Assembly (NCBI GenBank): GCA_013265495.1
Contig: MU057989.1
Span: 759,513 to 823,512 of the forward strand
Source of the DNA: Vicugna vicugna
Lineage: Eukaryota
Length of the DNA stretch: 64,000 bases
Direction: 5' to 3'
Every line of letters starts with the position of its first letter. The stretch's first letter is position 1. Positions 53,890-64,000 of the stretch are shown here, in pieces. A program made the position numbers and the translations under genes. The notes beneath the pieces were generated by a model, which saw only the letters and a list, made by a program, of their open reading frames with translations, was not told where the DNA came from and searched no databases.

Positions 53890-55408
53890 CTTATTTTTTC
53901 AGCAGGAAAAAAAAAGGAAAAACGTTAATTAAATTTATCTGTTGAGTATAAACTATAGGGTCTCTGGGGTATTATTTTGTAACTAATTCTTCACATAAAA
54001 AATAAATGGTCAGCTGAAATCTCAGAGGAGGTAATGATGGCATAAAATGTAATTCTACAAAAGCACTACCATTTATTTTTCTCTATCTTACTTCCTCCAA
54101 ACTATCATCAGCACTTATAAGATTTAATTAAGGTCAGTCAAAATATGATGGAAAAATTATGTTGCGATTCAAATCAATTTTCAATCAAATCTACATGTAA
54201 CGGCTACTGAATCTGACCAACACTGGTGTAACCAATTCTTCTCATTACAATTCCCTCACCAAACACAAGGCAGCATGTACTTGGGGCTATTTCACTTATT
54301 CTTAAAGAGCTAAGTATTTCTTTTCTACTGTTCCTTTGTTAATGATCAGTGTATATGTGAATTGTTTGAATCATAGAATTATACAATCCAATTATTAGTC
54401 ACATAATTGGATCAAAGAATTAAGATGACATGGGATAGAAAAATAAACCAAATATGAAAAATTTTGTCGTTTTGGTCTGAATGTCTTACAGGCGGCTATG
54501 GTTTGTTCTGCATTTGAAGAAAGTAAACTTGAGTTGCAGAGTAACCGTCTGTGCCTGCTGGAAACTGCTTCGGTGGGAAGCCTTTCCTGCCTCTAGGGGG
54601 GACAGTCACACCAGTAGACTTCCCAGAGTGGCAGGAATCATGGCAGAGTCAGGAGAAAATAAAGAACCACAAAATACTGGCAGTCCTAGGCAGCTGTGGT
54701 GGCTGGCAGGTTTTTGGGTATCCCAAGCATGTAAACGCTTCAATTCACTGAACTTGTGGACTTGCTTTTTTCCTGCCACATTCTGGCCATCAGCCTACTC
54801 AAAGGTAGTAAGCTTCGGGGAGGAAATGGTGAACTCAGTGAAGGAATGAATGAACTAACATTCATGCCTGTCCACACTGGAGCTAATGAGCAAGAGTCCA
54901 GCTTCCAACAAGGAAGAAGATACGCTTGCTCGCTGGGTCTCACCATCTGGGTTCTGTTAACTCCACAACTTAAAGGACAGAGGTTTCAGTGGAAGATCAA
55001 CCAAATGCTACGGACAAGGTGTGTACACAAGACTTGTTCCTGTTCCCACCAGTTCTGTGAAGAGGTGTATCTGAAAATTTATAATTTCCCCCAATGTAAG
55101 TTGACAGCCACTAGGAAAAAGCAAGTGTTTTAAAACAAGAGACAGAGCAAGGTCAAGAGGGACTGCTGAGCTGCGCGGGTGCCAGAGCACCGCGGTGTCT
55201 AGATGCTCGGTATGGAGGGGAGAGTGGGTGTGGCTCTGGGACTCAGCTACAACAGCCACGCTTTGAAGTGTCAGTTTGGGTACAGTGAGTATGAAAAAAC
55301 ACACCACACAAACGTCAAAATGGCAGTGGTGCTCCCCTTTTAATCATAGACAGGAGGAAAACAGCAATTAAGAGTCATCTCCGAACAAAATGACAGGATG
55401 GTACTTAC

Positions 55409-55489
55409 GTCTGGGGTTGTGAAGGGTCGTCACCCAGGGTAACATTCTCCCCCTGGATCTCTGTGAAACACTTCTCACAGAAATGATAC
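55409..55489 (-). CDS. CREBBP: CREBBP exon 20 (RING)
   Basis: 81 nt, cag|...|gtaagt; YHFCEKCFTEIQGENVTLGDDPSQPQ. Confidence 0.97.
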
Positions 55490-58400
55490 CTGTCAGCAAG
55501 AAGGCCATACTTGGGTGAACTGGTCCATCATAACACACAGCCACCCAAGCAACGAAGCCACCAATCAGAGCAGGGCAGATCACCACGACGAAGGGGGGGC
55601 GTTGTTGGTTGATTGATGGGTCAGTGAGGACAATGAAAGGAACAGGGGTAGGTGGGGAAGGGCAGGATTAGAGAACAGGGGAGGGAACAAATAGCACAGA
55701 CATAAAGGTAAGACGCAAACACCAAGACAACACAGAGCAGAAAGCCAAGGCAAAGCATTGATTAGCATCCGGTCTCACTGCACACATCACAGGCCATCAT
55801 GACTAATAGTGGGCTCGTCCAGCTCCAAGATGCAAATGTTTTCAAGGAGTTGTTAATACTAGAATTGCAAGGAGCCTAAATTTTAGAGTTTGAATTTTAT
55901 TTACTTAGAGAAAAATCAAATATAACTCCAGGGTTTGAGATGGAAAAAATTTACTCTGAATAAAACAGTCTGACAAAATATCTTAAAAAAGCAACTTAAA
56001 CTGTAATAGCTTTATTTTTTGAAACAGTAAATTTATGCTTGAAGCGATTCACAGATTTTATTTCTGTTATTAAGCCAGATCTTTAAAGGTATGAAAATGT
56101 TGAGCACCCAGAATTGTTTTTAATTTTCTTCTGTCATTTTTCTCATGTTAATCACTTAGTTAACTGGGTTACAATAGAAATGAAACCAAATCCATATTCT
56201 AGACAAACATTTAACAGAAATGCAATCGGGGTCAAAGACTTTCCAGCCATTTATCAGTAAGAATATACAGAGAAAAAATTGTGATATATTGTATAAACAA
56301 TACAATATATGTAAATCCACGAACAATCTTAAAGACTTTTAAAATTCAATTCTAAGCTTTGATTTAAACTTTTTGGTACTGGGACCAATCATTCATCAAT
56401 CTGAGATAGTGATTGCTCTGACTTGGTGACAATCCAAGTTAAGCAAATTTAGGAAGTTAATCTTAACAGCACAATCTGCATTTGAGAAATTATCCATCAC
56501 CCCAATTTCTGATTATATAGAGCCTGGGCTCAAGCTATTAAATAAGAACAATTAAAATAAGAACTATTAAATGTTTGGAAAGGACACAAATGAGAAATCA
56601 ACAAAAATGTAGGCTGATGCTGCATAAAACAAGATGGGCACACGAGAATACTGAAGAAGTAAACGAGCTGAATGAGGCGAACTACACAAGCAAAAAGGAT
56701 GAGTGCAAGGCAGCGGCGGCAGCACAATGGAATGCGGTTTTAGCGCTCAAAACTACGTCTACGAGATGCCAAGAGGATTAGTGTTAAAGACACTGTGACG
56801 AGACTTGGACCGTCACACTGAACCACACAGGCAGAAGGAGATGCAGCAGTCATACACACACACGCACGCACACAGCTATAAAGGACTGGGATTCAGGCCA
56901 CTGCCTGGCCAGAACGTCTTCATTAACACTAAAATAGGCCCCCACAGGTTCTAAGCCTAATCTTAATTAAGCACACTTGAGCATTTTGTCGGCTGTATTT
57001 CACTGACTAAACACACACAGTGAATCAAAAGCATATAACTTCAGAGCATGCACACATCTCAAGCTTATTCAATTTTTCAGATTGTTGATGAAGAACATGA
57101 CAGAGCCACTGTGGGTAGCAACTGAATTAATAAAAGCTTCTTGCTGGGACCAGTATATTTAGGATTAATTCAATCAACAAAGTCTGCCAAGATTAAAAAC
57201 TGACCAGGAACAGATTAACACTGCTGTTTTTTTTTAAAAAATATGTATCATTTTTCTCTGAATGAACTATAGTAATATTCTGACCATTCACTATTTTGTA
57301 AATATTCTTATGGAGCCTTGAAATCATGTAGTAGAACTTCCACGTGCAGGAGGGCATGATCATCATTGGCAAGAAAGAAAAGTACATAAACTATAAACCA
57401 ATTAAGTGTTAACCAGAACAATATGCAAAAAAGATAGCTCCTCAATGCCAAATTGCTTCCCTTTTAAAAATGGAACTTGGGATGGAATGGTCCAATTCAT
57501 TATGATAGGACAGCCACTGTGGGCTAGCTCAAAGAGGACTACCGAATACATTTTGAAATGAAATTGCCATGATAATTACACAATAGTTTTAAAAATCTTG
57601 GACAAATTCTTAGTTTTTATTCAAGCAGGACATCGAGCCCAGCAACACCTGGGAAACAAGAATCACAAACCCACCACGTTCCACTGGAGGAAGCTGGCCC
57701 AGAGCAAAGCACTGATGGCCCAACAGCAGCCCTCAGAGTGGCCACGGGAACCTGCGCTCTCTGTGTATAACTCCTGTCCCCAAGAACCCCAGGGTCAGAA
57801 ACTGGGAGGGACACACAGTGAGCACGCTCCAGTGTCTGTTCAGAGCAATCAATGCCAGAGACGGTGGAGAATGAAACGTGTTCAGGTGTAAAGGGAGAGG
57901 AAGGCGCCCGGGCCTCCCTGCAGCACCTTACTGAGGTGACGACAGCACACAGGAGGGGTGCAGCCACCCATCTGGTCAAGCAGGTTGAAACCACCCTGGC
58001 AATCAGTGGGTGACAGATGCTAATGCTGGGCTGTCCCTATCTTACAATCGAGTCCAAACTTTATTCACCCTGGAAATACATAACGGTTCAGAGATTCACT
58101 TTTCAACCTAAAGACTCTGGATGACCTTCTGCCTTGTGTGAAGGAAGCAGCATGATGAATACGGAATTGTAAAGGAGAAGTACTTCACATAATCTGATGA
58201 TGATGTACATCTGGGTACCTAAGGTTAATACAATGTAACTGCACAGTTTATCTGTAAAGGTAATGTATGGAGTAAATTTTCAAATGCAGATTGTTGTTAA
58301 GTACCATATCAGTATATACAAAGAATTCAAATGTCTATAGATAATACCTATCTTATCTATAGACAATATATGGAAAAATCTATAGAACAGTTTCCCCAAC

Positions 58401-60793
58401 ATGACTTACTTTCAAAATGTCAAAGTATGGAAACAAGTGAAAAATGTAACCATACACTAGTTTATGTATTAGATTCACTTGTTTAAACGGTCTGTAGAAT
58501 TGCCTATTCTAAGTGCCCAGTTTAGGACTATAAGTGCCATAAGTTATTCAAAAGAACACCACAGTGTCCATCAATAGTCAAAGTTGAGATTAAGAATGTA
58601 AGCACTTAAAATGTCCATCGTGAATTAGACCACTGCTTTCCTAGACTCACAAGGCGGTTATCTCTTTGAGGTCAGTATTCTAGGAGGCACACCTTGTGAT
58701 ACTCAGCTGAGGAGCAGCATGCTTACACTCTTAAAATGTATTATGAGTAAAAGAGAATGCCTTTATTCATGGTTCTACTCTTAAGGAAAACACATTATTT
58801 TTGTTCAATAAAAATTAAGTCCTCTATAGAAATAAAATTGGACATTTCGGAACTTTCAAAACAATCCCATGTTTGCACTCCGTCAACAACCTCCTCCGAG
58901 GGGCAGCAGTAGCATGCTCATGCCCTCGACTCCACTGAACTTTAACTGCTCTCAACTTAAGCATGGCTAAAATCTGTGCCAATCGGCAAAGGCAGGGTCC
59001 CAAAGGACCCAGAAACAGTGAAATCAACAATGAAAGGCCCTCAAACTTAAGATATGGTGACAAGCAACCCACTGTCTGCTCTTCCTTCTAAACGCAAACT
59101 GGGGCACTCAGCAGTGGGGGCATTTTTCAGGGTATAGTTAGTTTTAGCCTATTCTCTTAAAAGTTCGTAACTTTATTTTGCTTGGCACATAACAGTTTCC
59201 AAAGTGAAATCCTATTCATTATCTCTTTGGAGGCTGATAACTAAGGCTATCAGGGAAGTTGTTACCATGCCCATTTGTTGGATAAGAAGGTTAAGCTTGG
59301 TATGTTATGGGGTGTGTAAACGGAGGGGCCAGAACCTCCAGAACAACACTTGTCACTATAGGAAGGCCTCCATTACAAAAGGGCTATGGTACCATTTCAA
59401 ACTTTCAGATTTAAAATGCTTTTATTGCTACAAGGGCAAGCCAAGATAGAAATTAAATTCCAAATGTTAAAATATCTTCAGCAGGACAGTTGTGCTGGCT
59501 GTACTTCCAACAGAGGTTCTTTCTGGGGACACCCATCTTTCCCCTCGAACCAGCATTTCACTAGGATAAGTGAGCTGAATAAGGCTTGGAAATCTTAAGA
59601 TATTCATAGGTCAACAGTTCTTTTTTTTTTAAAATAGGATTTTGATGGGAGCTGTCAATTATCTTGAATATGGTTAGACATTTTTAAAAAACTAAAATAA
59701 TTTAAAAAACATAGCTGGAAAAAAATAATTGCAAAATTTCAAATTATTCATGCCTGTGCATGTACCTTTGAACAAATAAAAAGTCCTGTACTTAACTTCT
59801 TTGAAATATAAGGACATATATAATTACTCCAAGCAAACATAAGATCAAAATAATCAAAACACCAAACTCTAAATGGTGATATTTAATACTTGAACCTGAG
59901 GACACAGAATAGGCATGAAGCTCCATCTTGGTCACATAAAGAATTTAGTTGCTGATTCACAAAATGGAGGCAATGTAATTGAATCTGACAAAGAATTACA
60001 GCCTGTGTTTCAGGGCAAGATGCCCTCCATGCTACAGCAACATGTGGCCACTAAAGCAATGGATACAAAGTAGCTTAATTTTCAAAACAATCCCCAAACC
60101 AGGAAGTTGTACTTACATGGGGGAATCACCTATAACAAAAATTATTTTCATTCTCCTTCTATTCAAGACATGGAATCTATTCTTAAGACATCTCCACATT
60201 TCAAAAGAATAGCAAATATTTCTCAAGCATACCTACCACTCACAAAACCCCGAAAACGCTATCTCATGATAGGAAAATTGATCTTAAACTCAACAAAAAC
60301 ACTAATTTCATTCTGTATTGTACTACCAGTTAAAAAGTCTGGCCTGAATTTTTTTTTTTTAATGAATTAGCACTAACACAAGTCTTTCTATCAGACTGTC
60401 CAGGCCAAATTAGCTAGGCAAATATTTATACACTGATTGGTAAAATATAATGCTTCAACTTTATTAATTTTAAAAAAGGATGTCAACCTTTATTAGAGTT
60501 ACTCTTAACTCCAGAGTTTCTCTCATATTGGTTTGGCACATTTTGGCTTGATACATGTACCTGATCCAAGCACTGCAGCAAGCAGTTTTGAACTTAAAAT
60601 TTTATACTATAAAAGCCTGCTTTTAAGTTAAGAGACCATAGGCCTATCTGAATACTGAGAAGCAATGAAATTTCAGCTCTTTTCACTGAAACTTCAGGAA
60701 AGAAATAACATACCCAGGCTGTCATCAGATGAGCATAACTTGCCCTAAGACCTTCCTTCTGTCCTGTAATTCAAGAAATTGCTCAGTGCTCAC

Positions 60794-60882
60794 CTGTTCT
60801 GATAGCTGTAGTATGCAGCATCGCGAGGAATTGTACATAGCTGCTTCCCGTAGCAGCACAAAGTCTGAGGGGAAAACTCATA
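60794..60882 (-). CDS. CREBBP: CREBBP exon 19 (RING)
   Basis: 89 nt, cag|...|gtgagc; YEFSPQTLCCYGKQLCTIPRDAAYYSYQN. Confidence 0.97.
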
Positions 60883-61305
60883 CTGCAAAAACAAAGGAGA
60901 AAATACTAAAAATGTACTCCACTTACTGTCATGTAATGGTCTAGTCCAATATGGAGTGTTAGCTTTAGCTAGTAAATTCTTTTTATTAGTACACTGGATA
61001 GTCTTAACAATTTTCATAGCTATTTAGACTTTTTTGGGGGGCTACAATGGGACAGAATTAGCGTCTAAGAGACATTTACTACAGATAGAGGAATGGACAT
61101 AGCCAGAAATGCTTAACCCAAGATCTTCCCCCATAAGTACCTCTAGCTTCAGACAATCAACTGGTTTACAAAAGACCAGCACCCACCTGGGTACTTCTCA
61201 GTACACAAGTGTGGCCAAAATATTGAGTCTCTCATATCATCATAAAATTCTTTTTGGCTGGATTAACAAGGGCAGTTTATTTTCTAGAAAAACTTTCAAC
61301 TGTAC

Positions 61306-61545
61306 CTTGCGTCCACAGCAATATCCAAGGGACTGCATAACAGGGTCAATTTCTTGCTCAAAGACCTCTGCGAGTTTACTGCAGAACTTGTAGACCCGGG
61401 ATGTCTTCCGATTATAGAGCCAGGCGTTGTTGAACATGAGCCAGACATCGTCCACATACTGCCAGGGTTCCTGGTACTGCCCTGTATCCAGCTTCCGCTT
61501 GATGGTGGAAAGGTCCATGGGATTCTTCACAATGTCAAAATAATC
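61306..61545 (-). CDS. CREBBP: CREBBP exon 18 (bromodomain)
   Basis: 240 nt, aag|...|gtacag; DYFDIVKNPMDLSTIKRKLDTGQYQEPWQYVDDVWLMFNNAWLYNRKTSRVYKFCSKLAEVFEQEIDPVMQSLGYCCGRK. Confidence 0.99.
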
Positions 61546-62056
61546 CTTAAAGACAAAACAATCTCAGTTTAGTGGATTCCCCAAATTCTGAATGCCGGTC
61601 TTATCTGGTAGCTTTATCTTAAAGTAAAACAGCAGTAGAAAGCAACAGTAAAATCATTTCTAATAGAAATTGGAATTGAAAAAGAACCTCTGATCTTCCT
61701 CTGATTTTACTACCTGAAATTGTAATTAATATTTTCAAGTGTGATCAAATTATTACAAAGGCAAAGTAAAAATAGTATTAAAATAATTATTTAATAAAAG
61801 ATGTTTTTTAATGTAATTTTTTTAAACATAAGGGTTTTGATCCACTGAATTAAAATCATGAGCATATTTACCAAATAAAATGTTTTTCTAGAGATTCACT
61901 TCTAGCAAGCAAAATGACATTCCAAGACAAACACAAACACAAACCAAAAATAGTAACACTGCTGAACAGAATCTGTTGGGCCACCATGGCCTTTGCAATA
62001 GCACCCAGGGATAGCAAAGTGGGAGGCCTGTGTTTTACAACTGATGTTCACCAATT

Positions 62057-63056
62057 TTTTTTTCTTTTTTAATCAAAGCTTAGTTGATTTACAAGGTTGT
62101 TAGTTTCTGGTGTACAGCATAGTGATTCAGTTATATATAATATATATTTAAAATTATACATGATCTTTTTCATATTCTTTTTCCTTATAGGTTATTACAA
62201 AATATTGAACGCAGTTTCCTGTGCTACACATTAGCACCTTGTTGTTCATCTATTTTATATATAGTAGTTTGTATCTGCTAATCCCAAACTCCTAATTTAT
62301 CCCTCCCCCATCCCCTTTGGTAACCATAAATTTGTTTTCTATGCCTGTGAGTATGTTTCTGTTTTGTAAATATGTTCATTTGTATCATTTTTTTAAAATT
62401 CCATATAAAAGTGATATGATTTTTTTTGTCTTACTTCATTTAGTATGATAATCTCTAGATCCATCCATGTTGCTGCAAATGGTATTATTTCATTCTTTTT
62501 AATGGCTGAGTAGTATTCCATTGTGTGTGTGCGTGCGCACGCGCACACATAGATACAATTTCTTTATCTAGTCATCTGTCGATGGGCGTTTAGGTTGCCT
62601 CCTTGTCTTGGCTACTGTAAATGGGGCTGCTATGAACACTGGAGTGCAGGTAATAATACCTCATTGTAGTTTTGGTTTGCATTTCTTGATAATTAGCAGT
62701 GTTGAGCATCTTTTCAAGTGCCTACTGGCCATCTATATGTCTTCTCTGGAGAAACGGCTATTTAGGTCTTCTGCTCATTTTTTGATTGGGCATCATTTGT
62801 TTGTTATTGGGTTGTATGAGCTGTTTGTCTATTCTGGAAATTAAGCCCTTGTCAATTGCATGTATCATTTGCAAATATTTTCTTCCAGTCCATAGGTTGT
62901 CTTTTCATTTTATTTATGGTTTCCTTTGCTGTGCAAAAGCTTGTAAGTTTGAATAGGTCCCATTTTATTTTTACTTTTATTTCTATTGCCTTGGGAGACT
63001 GACCTAGGAAAACATTGCTACAATTTATGTCAGAGAATGTTTTATCTATGTTCTCT
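62057..63056 (-). mobile_element. 5'-truncated L1 with TSD in CREBBP intron 17
   Basis: Poly(T) at 62055, antisense L1 3'UTR and ORF2 end; 12-bp TSD tgttcaccaatt at 62045-62056 and 63057-63068. Confidence 0.9.
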
Positions 63057-63392
63057 TGTTCACCAATTCTTTAAATCCATTCTTGCAGACAAAGCCTTAC
63101 CCAGAGCCCAAATATCAAGGCTACAGAGGCCACGTGCTCCAGGATATGCTCCCCACATCTCACTGCTACCCGCTCCACAGACCCTTGGGCTTAACAGAAC
63201 CAGCTGGAAACACACATTTCAATCACTAAGACAAAAGTGTATTATTGTTTTGACAGAAAAAATTTTTTTATATTGGGGAAAAAAATCTTCAAAACAAGGG
63301 GCTTTATTTTACCTGACTTTAAAAGATAAAACAATGGATACTCATGAATTACACTGGTGATGTTACCACATGTTTTTAAAGCATCAACTTAC

Positions 63393-63511
63393 TGGAATTC
63401 CTAGGAGCTGGGGATCTACAGGCTGCCGAAAAGGTAAGGACTCCGGATCCTGTCGATACAGTGCTTCTAGGGTTGGCATCAGAGCCTGGCGTAACTCCTC
63501 CGGCTTAAAGA
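63393..63511 (-). CDS. CREBBP: CREBBP exon 17 (start of bromodomain)
   Basis: 119 nt, cag|...|gtaagt; FKPEELRQALMPTLEALYRQDPESLPFRQPVDPQLLGIP. Confidence 0.98.
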
Positions 63512-64000
63512 CTGCAGTTAGGAAATAGGAAACGACACTGTTTACAAGGCAGACTCCTTCTCCAAAACATTTCAAAAGGAAGCCCGGGCTGCTGCTGAGA
63601 AGGTCCGAATCATTTCCCCTCCAGCCGTGAAGCTTCTGAGGGCTCATTCACCGTGGGGTCCATGGGTGTTCTAAAGCCGTGATTCAGGGACTGGGAATAC
63701 ACAGCCAGACTAGGGTTTTTAAAAACTGCACTCACATCATGAGGCAAAAAAAGCAAACTGAGAAGTTTGCTTGTTCAACGTGAAGGCTTCCAATGTTAAA
63801 ACTTCCTTGGAATAGAAAATGATGCTAACTCCCAAATCTGCTTCATTGATCAAGTGGGTGTAAATAAAGTCAGTTCACTGGAAGGGGCCTTTCCTCCTCC
63901 AAGGAAACTTGTCTGTCCTTGGCTGAAGTAAACTCAGACCACTTGAGACGATGGTTTTGTATTACAACCTCACAAACAAATGTATACAGTAACAGAGCTA

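Overview
Mammalian genomic DNA, most likely camelid: five copies of a tRNA-derived SINE resemble Vic-1. Two genes lie in tandem on the minus strand. The first is the 3' half of CREBBP (CBP): 15 coding exons, 63511 down to the stop at 38769, numbered 17-31 by analogy to human and covering bromodomain, RING/PHD, HAT, ZZ, TAZ2, NCBD and a 24-Gln tract, plus a 3'UTR of about 2.55 kb. The second is the 5' part of TRAP1 (mitochondrial HSP90): exons 1-4, ATG at 29292 in a CpG island, with a 26-kb first intron. Every exon has GT-AG boundaries and the phases join into open frames. The rest is mostly old repeats: L1 fragments, a near full-length Tigger1, MLT1, MER58, MER5A. I see no prokaryotic-type system and no CRISPR array. 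Two signals stand out. (1) A repeat-free stretch of about 3.3 kb in TRAP1 intron 1 (about 23050-26365, minus strand) translates, across stops and frameshifts, into an ordered series of motifs resembling the tandem TEX15 domains, i.e. a candidate fossil TEX15-like gene nested in TRAP1. (2) An in-frame alternative acceptor upstream of CREBBP exon 20 adds SSPKYGLLAD and sits behind an AG-free zone of about 250 nt with distant branch-point candidates. Protein and repeat comparisons are from memory and need a database search.
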